NCBI GenBank assembly: GCA_051362555.1
Contig: CM120643.1
Coordinates: 11,194,144 to 11,258,143, forward strand
Length of the DNA: 64,000 nt
Reading direction: 5' to 3'
Source of the DNA: Lingula anatina
Taxonomy: Eukaryota > Animalia > Brachiopoda
The notes under the pieces: model-generated
What the model saw: only the letters and a program-made list of their open reading frames with translations
Told to the model about the DNA's origin: nothing
Databases searched by the model: none
Translations under genes and position numbers: made by a program
Part shown: positions 1 through 12,800 of the stretch, piece after piece
How positions within the stretch are numbered: the first letter of the stretch is position 1
How the letters are laid out: each line of letters opens with the position of its first letter

Positions 1-3000
1 TTATAGTGTCAGGTAGGTGTGTTCGGTCATTGGTAGTAAGAATAAAGTGCTGGAAGAGTGGTGGTGTCAACATTAAGGAAGAAATAGAGCAAAAACTCTG
101 TCTCCCCCCCCCTCTCAGATTCTGTTCTCAGAGCTTATTTTTGGATCATCTTTAAAGCTAGAATTGGGGGCCTTGATGAAGTGACCCGGGCGCGTTTCCA
201 CATTTTTTATGAATGACAGGTGTGGTAGATTGATTTTCGTCAATTTTTTGAAAAATCGGAGACGGGTCGATTTTTGGTGATTTTGAGTGATTTTGAACAG
301 TGCCGGCACTGTGAGATTTCTTCAATTTTGGCCAGGTAGGGATGAAAATTTTTTTTTCTTCATTATAGTGTCAGGTAGGTGTGTTCCGTCATTTGTAGTA
401 AGAATAGAGTGCTGGAAGAGTGGTGGTGTCAACATTAAGGAAGAAATAGAGCAAAAACTCTGTCTCCGTCCCCCCCCCTCTCAGATTCTGTTCTCAGAGC
501 TTATTTTTGGATCATCTTTAAATCTAGAATTGGGGGCCTTGATGAAGTGACCCGGGCGCGTTTCCACATTTTTTATGAATGACAGGTGTGGTAGATTGAT
601 TTTCGTCACTTTTTGGAAAAATCGGAGACGGGTCGATTTTTGGTGATTTTGAGTGATTTTGAACAGTGCCGGCACTGTGAGATTTCTTCAATTTTGGCCA
701 GGTAGGGATGAAAAATTTTTTTCTTCATTATAATGTCAGGTAGGTGTGTTCGGTCATTTGTAGTAAGAATAAAGTGCTGGAAGAGTGGTGGTGTCAACAT
801 TAAGGAAGAAATAGAGCAAAAACTCTGTCTCCCCCCCCCCCTCTCAGATTCTGTTCTCAGAGCTTATTTTTGGATCATCTTTAAAGCTAGAAATGGGGGC
901 CTTGATGAAGTGACCCGGGCGCGTTTCCACATTTTTTATGAATGACAGGTGTGGTAGATTGATTTTCGTCACTTTTTGGAAAAATCGGAGACGGGTCGAT
1001 TTTTGGTGATTTTGAGTGATTTTGAACAGTGCCGGCACTGTGAGATTTCTTCAATTTTGTCCAGGTAGGGATGAAATTTTTTTTTCTTCATTATAGTGTC
1101 AGGTAGGTGTGTTCGGTCATTTGTAGTAAGAATAAAGTGCTGGAAAAGTGGTGCTGTCAACATTAAGGAAGAAATAGAGCAGAAACTCTGTCTCCCTCCC
1201 CCCTCTCAGATTCTGTTCTCAGAGCTTATTTTTGGATCATCTTTAAAGCTAGAATTGGGGGCCTTGATGAAGTGACCCAGGCGCGTTTCCACATTTTTTA
1301 TGAATGACAGGTGTGGTAGATTGATTTTCGTCACTTTTTGGAAAAATCGAAGACGGGTCGATTTTTGGTGATTTTGAGTGATTTTGAACAGTGCCGGCAC
1401 TGTGAGATTTCTTCAATTTTGGCCAGGTAGGGATGAAAAATTTTTTTCTTCATTATAGTGTCAGGTAGGTGTGTTCGGTCATTGGTAGTAAGAATAAAGT
1501 GCTGGAAGAGTGGTGGTGTCAACATTAAGGAAGAAATAGAGCAAAAACTCTGTCTCCCCCCCCCTCTCAGATTCTGTTCTCAGAGCTTATTTTTGGATCA
1601 TCTTTAAAGCTAGAATTGGGGGCCTTGATGAAGTGACCCGGGCGCGTTTCCACATTTTTTATGAATGACAGGTGTGGTAGATTGATTTTCGTCAATTTTT
1701 TGAAAAATCGGAGACGGGTCGATTTTTGGTGATTTTGAGTGATTTTGAACAGTGCCGGCACTGTGAGATTTCTTCAATTTTGGCCAGGTAGGGATGAAAA
1801 TTCTTTTTCTTCATTATAGTGTCAGGTAGGTGTGTTCTGTCATTTGTAGTAAGAATAGAGTGCTGGAAGAGTGGTGGTGTCAACATTAAGGAAGAAATAG
1901 AGCAAAAACTCTGTCCCCCCCCCCCTCTCAGATTCTGTTCTCAGAGCTTATTTTTGGATCATCTTTAAAGCTAGAATTGGGGGCCTTGATGAAGTGACCC
2001 GGGCGCGTTTCCACATTTTTTATGAATGACAGGTGTGGTAGATTGATTTTCGTCACTTTTTGGAAAAATCGGAGACGGGTCGATTTTTGGTGATTTTGAG
2101 TGATTTTGAACAGTGCCGGCACTGTGAGATTTCTTCAATTTTGGCCAGGTAGGGATGAAAATTTTTTTTCTTCATTATAGTGTCAGGTAGGTGTGTTCGG
2201 TCATTTGTAGTAAGAATAAAGTGCTGGAAGAGTGGTGGTGTCAACATTAAGGAAGAAATAGGGCAAAAACTCTGTCTCCCCCCCCCCCTCTCAGATTCTG
2301 TTCTCAGAGCTAATTTTTGGATCATTTTTAAAGCTAGAATTGGGGGCCTTGATGAAGTGACCCGGGCGCGTTTCCACATTTTTTATGAATGACAGGTGTG
2401 GTAGATTGATTTTCGTCACTTTTTGGAAAAATCGGAGACGGGTCAATTTTTGGTGATTTTGAGTGATTTTGAACAGTGCCAGCACTGTGAGATTTCTTCA
2501 ATTTTGGCCAGGTAGGGATGAAAATTTTTTTTCTTCATTATAGTGTCAGGTAGGTGTGTTCGGTCATTTGTAGTAAGAATAAAGTGCTGGAAGAGTGGTG
2601 GTGTCAACATTAAGGAAGAAATAGAGCAAAAACTCTGTCTCCCCCCCCCTCTCAGATTCTGTTCTCAGAGCTTTTTTTTGGATCATCTTTAAAGCTAGAA
2701 TTGGGGGCCTTGATGAAGTGACCCGGGCGCGTTTCCACATTTTTTATGAATGACAGGTGTGGTAGATTGATTTTCGTCACTTTTTGGAAAAATTGGAGAC
2801 GGGTCGATTTTTGGTGATTTTGAGTGATTTTGAACAGTGCCGGCACTGTGAGATTTCTTCAATTTTGGCCAGGTAGGGATGAAAATTTTTTTTCTTCATT
2901 ATAGTGTCAGGTAGGTGTGTTCGGTCATTTGTAGTAAGAATAAAGTGCTGGAAGAGTGGTGGTGTCAACATTAAGGAAGAAATAGAGCAAAAACTCTGTC

Positions 3001-6000
3001 TCCCCCCCCCCTCTCAGATTCTGTTCTCAGAGCTTTTTTTTGGATCATCTTTAAAGCTAGAATTGGGGGCCTTGATGAAGTGACCCGGGCGCGTTTCCAC
3101 ATTTTTTATGAATGACAGGTGTGGTAGATTGATTTTCGTCACTTTTTGGAAAAATCGGAGACGGGTCGATTTTTGGTGATTTTGAGTGATTTTGAACAGT
3201 GCCGGCACTGTGAGATTTCTTCACTTTTGGCCAGGTAGGGATGAAAATTTTTTTTCTTCATTATAGTGTCAGGTAGGTGTGTTCGGTCATTTGTAGTAAG
3301 AATAAAGTGCTGGAATAGTGGTGGTGTCAACATTAAGGAAGAAATAGAGCAAAAACTCTGTCTCCCCCCCCCCTCTCAGATTCTGTTCTCAGAGCTTTTT
3401 TTTGGATCATCTTTAAAGCTAGAATTGGGGGCCTTGATGAAGTGACCCGGGCGCGTTTCCACATTTTTTATGAATGACAGGTGTGGTAGATTGATTTTCG
3501 TCACTTTTTGGAAAAATTGGAGACGGGTCGATTTTTGGTGATTTTGAGTGATTTTGAACAGTGCCGGCACTGTGAGATTTTTTCAATTTTGGCCAGGTAG
3601 GGATGAAAATTTTTTTTCTTCATTATAGTGTCAGGTAGGTGTGTTCGGTCATTTGTAGTAAGAATAAAGTGCTGGAAGAGTGGTGGTGTCAACATTAAGG
3701 AAGAAATAGAGCAAAAACTCTGTCTCCCCCCCCCCCCCCCCCTCTCAGATTCTGTTCTCAGAGCTTTTTTTTGGATCATCTTTAAAGCTAGAATTGGGGG
3801 CCTTGATGAAGTGACCCGGGCGCGTTTCCACATTTTTTATGAATGACAGGTGTGGTAGATTGATTTTCGTCACTTTTTGGAAAAATTGGAGACGGGTCGA
3901 TTTTTGGTGATTTTGAGTGATTTTGAACAGTGCCGGCACTGTGAGATTTCTTCAATTTTGGCCAGGTAGGGATGAAAATTTTTTTTCTTCATTATAGTGT
4001 CAGGTAGGTGTGTTCGGTCATTTGTAGTAAGAATAAAGTGCTGGAAGAGTGGTGGTGTCAACATTAAGGAAGAAATAGAGCAAAAACTCTGTCTCCCCCC
4101 CCCCCCTCTCAGATTCTGTTCTCAGAGCTTATTTTTGGATCATCTTTAAAGCTAGAATTGGGGGCCTTGATGAAGTGACCCGGGTGCGTTTCCACATTTT
4201 TTATGCAGGTGTGGTAGATTGATTTTCGTCACTTTTTGGAAAAATCGGAGACGGGTCGATTTTTGGTGATTTTGAGTGATTTTGAACAGTGCCGGCACTG
4301 TGAGATTTCTTCAATTTTGGCCAGGTAGGGATGAAAATTTTTTTTCTTCATTATGGTGTCACGTAGGTGTGTTTGGTCATTTGTAGTAAGAATAAAGTGC
4401 TGAGAGAGTGGTGGTGTCAACATTAAGGAAGAAATAGAGCAAAAACTCTGTCTCCCCCCCCCCTCTCAGATTCTGTTCTCAGAGCTTATTTTTGGATCAT
4501 CTTTAAAGCTAGAATTGGGGGCCTTGATGAAGTGACCCGGGCGCGTTTCCACATTTTTTATGAATGACAGGTGTGGTAGATTGATTTTCGTCACTTTTTG
4601 GAAAAATCGGAGACGGGTCGATTTTTGGTGATTTTGAGTGATTTTGAACAGTGCCGGCACTGTGAGATTTCTTCAATTTTGGCCAGGTAGGGATGAAAAA
4701 TTTTTTTCTTCATTATAATGTCAGGTAGGTGTGTTCGGTCATTTGTAGTAAGAATAAAGTGCTGGAAGAGTGGTGGTGTCAACATTAAGGAAGAAATAGA
4801 GCAAAAACTCTGTCTCCCCCCCCCCCTCTCAGATTCTGTTCTCAGAGCTTATTTTTGGATCATCTTTAAAGCTAGAAATGGGGGCCTTGATGAAGTGACC
4901 CGGGCGCGTTTCCACATTTTTTATGAATGACAGGTGTGGTAGATTGATTTTCGTCACTTTTTGGAAAAATCGGAGACGGGTCGATTTTTGGTGATTTTGA
5001 GTGATTTTGAACAGTGCCGGCACTGTGAGATTTCTTCAATTTTGTCCAGGTAGGGATGAAATTTTTTTTTCTTCATTATAGTGTCAGGTAGGTGTGTTCG
5101 GTCATTGGTAGTAAGAATAAAGGGCTGGAAGAGTGGTGGTGTCAACATTAAGGAAGAAATAGAGCAAAAACTCTGTCTCCCCCCCCCCTCTCAGATTCTG
5201 TTCTCAGAGCTTATTTTTGGATCATCTTTAAAGCTAGAAATGGGGGCCTTGATGAAGTGACCCGGGCGCGTTTCCACATTTTTTATGAATGACAGGTGTG
5301 GTAGATTGATTTTCGTCAATTTTTTGAAAAATCGGAGACGGGTCGATTTTTGGTGATTTTGAGTGATTTTGAACAGTGCCGGCACTGTGAGATTTCTTCA
5401 ATTTTGGCCAGGTAGGGATGAAAATTCTTTTTCTTCATTATAGTGTCAGGTAGGTGTGTTCTGTCATTTGTAGTAAGAATAGAGTGCTGGAAGAGTGGTG
5501 GTGTCAACATTAAGGAAGAAATAGAGCAAAAACTCTGTCTCCCCCCCCCCTCTCAGATTCTGTTCTCAGAGCTTATTTTTGGATCATCTTTAAAGCTAGA
5601 ATTGGGGGCCTTGATGAAGTGACCCGGGCGCGTTTCCACATTTTTTATGAATGACAGGTGTGGTAGATTGATTTTCGTCACTTTTTGGAAAAATCGGAGA
5701 CGGGTCGATTTTTGGTGATTTTGAGTGATTTTGAACAGTGCCGGCACTGTGAAATTTCTTCAATTTTGGCCAGGTAGGGATGAAATTTTTTTTTCTTCAT
5801 TATAGTGTCAGGTAGGTGTGTTCGGTCATTTGTAGTAAGAATAAAGTGCTGGAAGAGTGGTGCTGTCAACATTAAGGAAGAAATAGAGCAGAAACTCTGT
5901 CTCCCTCCCCCCTCTCAGATTCTGTTCTCAGAGCTTATTTTTGGATCATCTTTAAAGCTAGAATTGGGGGCCTTGATGAAGTGACCCGGGCGCGTTTCCA

Positions 6001-9000
6001 CATTTTTTATGAATGACAGGTGTGGTAGATTGATTTTCGTCACTTTTTGGAAAAATCGGAGACGGGTCGATTTTTGGTGATTTTGAGTGATTTTGAACAG
6101 TGCCGGCACTGTGAGATTTCTTCAATTTTGGCCAGGTAGGGATGAAAAGTTTTTTTCTTCATTATAGTGTCAGGTAGGTGTGTTCGGTCATTGGTAGTAA
6201 GAATAAAGTGCTGGAAGAGTGGTGGTGTCAACATTAAGGAAGAAATAGAGCAAAAAATCTGTCTCCCCCCCCCCTCTCAGATTCTGTTCTCAGAGCTTTT
6301 TTTTGGATCATCTTTAAAGCTAGAATTGGGGGCCTTGATGAAGTGACCCGGGCGCGTTTCCACATTTTTTATGAATGACAGGTGTGGTAGATTGATTTTC
6401 GTCACTTTTTGGAAAAATCGGAGACGGGTCGATTTTTGGTGATTTTGAGTGATTTTGAACAGTGCCGGCACTGTGAGATTTCTTCAATTTTGGCCAGGTA
6501 GGGATGAAAATTTTTTTTCTTCATTATAGTGTCAGGTAGGTGTGTTCGGTCATTTGTAGTAAGAATAAAGTGCTGGAAGAGTGGTGGTGTCAACATTAAG
6601 GAAGAAATAGAGCAAAAACTCTGTCTCCCCCCCCCCCCCTCTCAGATTCTGTTCTCAGAGCTTATTTTTGGATCATCTTTAAAGCTAGAAATGGGGGCCT
6701 TGATGAAGTGACCCGGGCGCGTTTCCACATTTTTTATGAATGACAGGTGTGGTAGATTGATTTTCGTCACTTTTTGGAAAAATCGGAGACGGGTCGATTT
6801 TTGGTGATTTTGAGTGATTTTGAACAGTGCCGGCACTGTGAGATTTCTTCAATTTTGTCCAGGTAGGGATGAAATTTTTTTTTCTTCATTATAGTGTCAG
6901 GTAGGTGTGTTCGGTCATTGGTAGTAAGAATAAAGGGCTGGAAGAGTGGTGGTGTCAACATTAAGGAAGAAATAGAGCAAAAACTCTGTCTCCCCCCCCC
7001 TCTCAGATTCTGTTCTCAGAGCTTATTTTTGGATCATCTTTAAAGCTAGAAATGGGGGCCTTGATGAAGTGACCCGGGCGCGTTTCCACATTTTTTATGA
7101 ATGACAGGTGTGGTAGATTGATTTTCGTCAATTTTTTGAAAAATCGGAGACGGGTCGATTTTTGGTGATTTTGAGTGATTTTGAACAGTGCCGGCACTGT
7201 GAGATTTCTTCAATTTTGGCCAGGTAGGGATGAAAATTCTTTTTCTTCATTATAGTGTCAGGTAGGTGTGTTCTGTCATTTGTAGTAAGAATAGAGTGCT
7301 GGAAGAGTGGTGGTGTCAACATTAAGGAAGAAATAGAGCAAAAACTCTGTCTCCCCCCCCCCTCTCAGATTCTGTTCTCAGAGCTTATTTTTGGATCATC
7401 TTTAAAGCTAGAATTGGGGGCCTTGATGAAGTGACCCGGGCGCGTTTCCACATTTTTTATGAATGACAGGTGTGGTAGATTGATTTTCGTCACTTTTTGG
7501 AAAAATCGGAGACGGGTCGATTTTTGGTGATTTTGAGTGATTTTGAACAGTGCCGGCACTGTGAAATTTCTTCAATTTTGGCCAGGTAGGGATGAAATTT
7601 TTTTTTCTTCATTATAGTGTCAGGTAGGTGTGTTCGGTCATTTGTAGTAAGAATAAAGTGCTGGAAGAGTGGTGCTGTCAACATTAAGGAAGAAATAGAG
7701 CAGAAACTCTGTCTCCCTCCCCCCTCTCAGATTCTGTTCTCAGAGCTTATTTTTGGATCATCTTTAAAGCTAGAATTGGGGGCCTTGATGAAGTGACCCG
7801 GGCGCGTTTCCACATTTTTTATGAATGACAGGTGTGGTAGATTGATTTTCGTCACTTTTTGGAAAAATCGGAGACGGGTCGATTTTTGGTGATTTTGAGT
7901 GATTTTGAACAGTGCCGGCACTGTGAGATTTCTTCAATTTTGGCCAGGTAGGGATGAAAAGTTTTTTTCTTCATTATAGTGTCAGGTAGGTGTGTTCGGT
8001 CATTGGTAGTAAGAATAAAGTGCTGGAAGAGTGGTGGTGTCAACATTAAGGAAGAAATAGAGCAAAAAATCTGTCTCCCCCCCCCTCTCAGATTCTGTTC
8101 TCAGAGCTTTTTTTTGGATCATCTTTAAAGCTAGAATTGGGGGCCTTGATGAAGTGACCCGGGCGCGTTTCCACATTTTTTATGAATGACAGGTGTGGTA
8201 GATTGATTTTCGTCACTTTTTGGAAAAATCGGAGACGGGTCGATTTTTGGTGATTTTGAGTGATTTTGAACAGTGCCGGCACTGTGAGATTTCTTCAATT
8301 TTGGCCAGGTAGGGATGAAAATTTTTTTTCTTCATTATAGTGTCAGGTAGGTGTGTTCGGTCATTTGTAGTAAGAATAAAGTGCTGGAAGAGTGGTGGTG
8401 TCAACATTAAGGAAGAAATAGAGCAAAAACTCTGTCTCCCCCCCCCCCCCCTCTCAGATTCTGTTCTCAGAGCTAATTTTTGGATCATTTTTAAAGCTAG
8501 AATTGGGGGCCTTGATGAAGTGACCCGGGCGCGTTTCCACATTTTTTATGAATGACAGGTGTGGTAGATTGATTTTCGTCACTTTTTGGAAAAATTGGAG
8601 ACGGGTCGATTTTTGGTGATTTTGAGTGATTTTGAACAGTGCCGGCACTGTGAGATTTCTTCAATTTTGGCCAGGTAGGGATGAAAATTTTTTTTCTTCA
8701 TTATAGTGTCAGGTAGGTGTGTTCGGTCATTTGTAGTAAGAATAAAGTGCTGGAAGAGTGGTGGTGTCAACATTAAGGAAGAAATAGAGCAAAAACTCTG
8801 TCTCCCCCCCCCCCCTCTCAGATTCTGTTCTCAGAGCTTATTTTTGGATCATCTTTAAAGCTAGAATTGGGGGCCTTGATGAAGTGACCCGGGTGGGTTT
8901 CCACATTTTTTATGCAGGTGTGGTAGATTGATTTTCGTCACTTTTTGGAAAAATCGGAGACGGGTCGATTTTTGGTGATTTTGAGTGATTTTGAACAGTG

Positions 9001-10625
9001 CCAGCACTGTGAGATTTCTTCAATTTTGGCCAGGTAGGGATGAAAAATTTTTTTCTTCATTATGGTGTCACGTAGGTGTGTTTGGTCATTTGTAGTAAGA
9101 ATAAAGTGCTGAGAGAGTGGTGGTGTCAACATTAAGGAAGAAATAGAGCAAAAACTCTGTCTCCCCCCCCCCTCTCAGATTCTGTTCTCAGAGCTTATTT
9201 TTGGATCATCTTTAAAGCTAGAATTGGGGGCCTTGATGAAGTGACCCGGGTGCGTTTCCACATTTTTTATGCAGGTGTGGTAGATTGATTTTCGTCACTT
9301 TTTGGAAAAATCGGAGACGGGTCGATTTTTGGTGATTTTGAGTGATTTTGAACAGTGCCAGCACTGTGAGATTTCTTCAATTTTGGCCAGGTAGGGATGA
9401 AAAATTTTTTTCTTCATTATGGTGTCACGTAGGTGTGTTTGGTCATTTGTAGTAAGAATAAAGTGCTGAGAGAGTGGTGGTGTCAACATTAAGGAAGAAA
9501 TAGAGCAAAAACTCTGTCTCCCCCCCCCCCCTCTCAGATTCTGTTCTCAGAGCTTATTTTTGGATCATCTTTAAAGCTAGAATTGGGGGCCTTGATGAAG
9601 TGACCCGGGCGCGTTTCCACATTTTTTATGAATGACAGGTGTGGTAGATTGATTTTCGTCACTTTTTGGAAAAATCGGAGACGGGTCGATTTTTGGTGAT
9701 TTTGAGTGATTTTGAACAGTGCCGGCACTGTGAGATTTCTTCAATTTTGGCCAGGTAGGGATGAAAATTTTTTTTCTTCATTATAGTGTCAGGTAGGTGT
9801 GTTCGGTAATTTGTAGTAAGAATAAAGTGCTGGAAGAGTGGTGGTGTCAACATTAAGGAAGAAATAGAGCAAAAACTCTGTCTCCCCCCCCTCTCAGATT
9901 CTGTTCTCAGAGCTTATTTTTGGATCATCTTTAAAGCTAGAATTGGGGGCCTTGATGAAGTGACCCGGGCGCGTTTCCCCATTTTTTATGAATGACAGGT
10001 GTGGTAGATTGATTTTCGTCACTTTTTGGAAAAATCGGAGACGGGTCGATCCTGGGTGATTTTGAGTGATTTTCATAGGTGCCGGCACTGTGAGATTTCT
10101 TCAATTTTGGCCAGGTAGGGATGAAAATTTTTTCTTCATTATAATGATCGGTAGGCGTGTTTGGTCATTTGTTGTGAGTGTAAAGTACTGGAAGAGTGGT
10201 TGTGTCATTATTAAGGAAGAAATAAAGCAAAAACTCTCTCCACCCCCCCCCCCCCCTCTCCAAATCCTGTTCTCAGGAGTGCTTTTTGGCAATCTTTAAA
10301 GCTGAAATTGGGGGCTTTAATGAAGTGACCCGGGCACGTTTCCACATTTAATATTCAATTCAATTCAATTTCATTTTATTAAACCTTTAAGCCCTACGGC
10401 TCATCAGAATATAAAACAGTGACAATATAAAGTTATATCTAATCAACTACCATGACTACAATAACTACTACTGATACAAACAATAATAATAATAATAATA
10501 ATAATAATTGAAATTGAATTGAATATGAATGACAGGTGTGGTAGATTGATTTTAGTCACATTTTCGAAAAATCAGAGACGGGTCTATTCTCGGTGATTTT
10601 TGGGTGTTTTTAATAAGGGCCGACT
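1..10625. repeat. Satellite DNA array, ~362 bp monomer, about 29 head-to-tail copies (continues beyond window start)
   Basis: Monomer (...GTCAGGTAGGTGTGTTCGGTC...CTCTCAGATTCTGTTCTCAGAG...ACAGTGCCGGCACTGT...) recurs about every 357-369 bp. Most length variation is in a poly-C tract. The last ~1.5 monomers (from ~10050) are a divergent variant. Confidence 0.99.
10355..10526 (-). mobile_element. ~170 bp insertion inside a satellite monomer; probable truncated non-LTR retroelement 3' tail
   Basis: Splits the monomer motif CACATTT..TATGAATGACAGG, with AATAT on both sides (putative TSD). Minus strand reads AGCC-GTAG-GGCT stem-loop, AATAAA, then (TTGAA)n. An (AAT)n run and an inverted TTGAA run lie at the other end. 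Confidence 0.6.
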
Positions 10626-10877
10626 CATTCATTGAAACAGCATGTTTTAATCGATATTAAAACAAGTTCATTTTTTTTTTGGGGGGGGTATACCTTTTAA
10701 TCGATAAAATATCAGCATTCACCTTATTTCCTTGGTGTTGAGTTTTGTGGCAGTATCAAAGAAATATGAAATATGAAAGTATTCATGATAGAAGATGCAT
10801 GCGCGATATTTGTGGAATAAAGCGGTGTGTTTTAACAACTAGTGGTGTCAAATCTACATGTACATGTACATGTACAT

Positions 10878-11321
10878 CAGGGGCGGATCCAGGATTTATT
10901 AACGGTGGAGGGGTCCGGTTTTGTTACGGGTTCACCCCCTTGGCGTTAGGTTAGGGGCAAGCACTAGGGCCCTCTAAAATTTGGTGTTTTAGAGGGCGAA
11001 TTGCACGCATTTAGAACTATGATTCCGCTAGATGTTTTTGGTACAATTTTTGTAAATCAGAAATCGAAGGGTAGGGTCCAGAATCCCCCACCCCACCTCC
11101 GACACCCCCTAAATCCGCCACGTTACATATATTTGACTGTGAACATTCGTGAACAGTTTCAACCACAATGGAGGATAAAAGGGGTGTCAGGGGAGTCCGG
11201 ACCTTCCCCTTCAACTTCTGATTTACAAAAATCGTACCAAAAATGTCTAGCTGAATCATAGGTCTAAAAAACCAATTTTTTTTTTTTTTTGGGGGGGGGG
11301 GGCTACTAGAGCGTGCCACTG
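10878..11321. mobile_element. Two inverted copies of a small MITE-like element (CAGGGGCGGATCC...ATCCGCCACG type ends)
   Basis: Copy 1 spans 10878-11122 and copy 2 spans 11166-11321. 11010-11110 is the approximate reverse complement of 11170-11270. A ~44 bp direct repeat (11124-11167, 11322-11365) follows each copy. Confidence 0.55.
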
Positions 11322-11397
11322 TACATGTATTTGACCGTGAACATTCGTCAACAGTTTCAACCACAGTCCCTCACCTAAAATGAGCCATGCCTGTCTT

Positions 11398-11415
11398 TAA
11401 TTTGCATAACAATAA
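11398..11415 (+). promoter_or_regulatory. Octamer-Sox composite motif TAATTTGCATAACAATAA
   Basis: Contains octamer ATTTGCAT adjacent to Sox site AACAAT. An identical 18-mer occurs inverted at 18838-18855. Function not shown. Confidence 0.4.
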
Positions 11416-12263
11416 CTTGCTCATTGTAGTGCGAGGTGTCTTCCCGAATGCTCACTAGGCAGTAGGACACAACTGGGTGAAGACGCAACAGCATGTGTGG
11501 TGCAGACGCAAGGGCGAGCTTTTATGAGGTGTAGAAGCAAGTGCATGCTTCGTAAGTATTACTTTTTCTTCAGTGATCTATGACATTAGATGGAAAAAAC
11601 GTAGAAGAATGCAAGAAAATTTACGTCAAGTATATATGTTACAACTCTTTGTTATACTTTGCTTGTCGTTTTTGTTACTCAGTATGTATATATTAGTTAG
11701 CATATTAGTACATGTACATGTAGATTGGCATATTACTTCAAAGATCACGGACTATTTTAGGTGCTAATACCGTTCTTGTCACAGTTCTGAATTTTTGACC
11801 CATCAACATGTACATAAATTTAATAGAGAACGTTTATCAAAAATTCAAACGTCTCCTTTTACGACAATCACGATAGTTTGAAAGAAATAAAATACCCTTT
11901 TGATTTAAATTATCTTATGGTTACTTTTGTCTCTTTGAAGTTTCATTTCATTTCTTTAATTCAGTTTTTGTAGGTTTGTTTATTTTATCATACATGTATC
12001 CGTAAAAATGATTGTAAGCTATGTTGAAAAACCTAAAAATTAATAGAGAAATACAGTATGGTCCCCAAACGCGTGATGCATAGCGATTTTAGATATTACA
12101 AGATTAAATAGGAGGTTAAATAAATAAACGTCCCTTGTAATAACCTCCACAAATTAAACAAGTATGTTCAATGTTTTTTTTTTCAAAGCATGGTGTCTCT
12201 AATACCTTTATCATTAACTTAAGGTTTTAATTTTGGCGTAAGGTAACTTTGATGTCGATTGCT

Positions 12264-12800
12264 TTTTTATGTACAGACACAGATGTGCCTGTACTTATTG
12301 CCGTCACCTGCGTCTGTTGTCGCCGTCGTCGCCGAGCACTTTCACCGATAACACGATAAGTGAAAAACCATTTTACTTTTTGGCTTGAAACTTCCAGAAC
12401 TAATGAATATTCATAATCCGCAGGTCAAGTTCGAAAATCAGCATGATTGGGTCATTTTTACGTAAGTGATGCTGTTTTTTTCCCTTTTTTTTCAGCGTAT
12501 ATGCAACACCGATAACACAATTAGTGGAAATCCGTTTTACCTTTTGGCTTAAAACTTACAGAACTGATGAATATTCATAATACGCAGGACAAGTTTGAAA
12601 ATCAGCATGATTGGACCTTTTTTTTTTTTTTTTTTTTTTTTGCTTTCTTCAGCATATATGCAACACTGATAACACATTTCAGCTGATAAGCTAATTGTTT
12701 TGCAATTTACAGGAGTGATCAATCTTACTTAAATACAGTTTGGGTTTGAAAACCAGCTTGATTGGTTCAGTTTTGATGAAGTTATGCCCTTTTTTGTATA
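12264..12800 (+). mobile_element. Helentron/DINE-1-like (HINE) non-autonomous element with tandem core repeats
   Basis: T-rich start TTTTTATGTACAGACACAGA, a (CGT/CGC)n stretch, then 2-3 copies of a ~160 bp core (CACCGATAACACGATAAGTG...AACTGATGAATATTCATAAT...CAAGTTCGAAAATCAGCATGAT). Same family at 29575-29980 (+) and 31930-32220 (-). Confidence 0.6.

Noticed and set aside
100-115. Poly-C length variation between monomers as an information-bearing code
   Set aside because: Lengths differ even between otherwise duplicated monomers; explained by slippage or homopolymer sequencing error.
250-270. CENP-B box-like TCG...CGGG in the satellite
   Set aside because: ATCGGAGACGGG does not match the required TTCG-N4-A-N2-CGGG spacing.
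10385-10410. Hammerhead ribozyme core CTGATGA on the minus strand
   Set aside because: Stem II is followed by TTAAAG rather than GAAA, and I found no stems I/III. Better explained as a retroelement 3' stem-loop.
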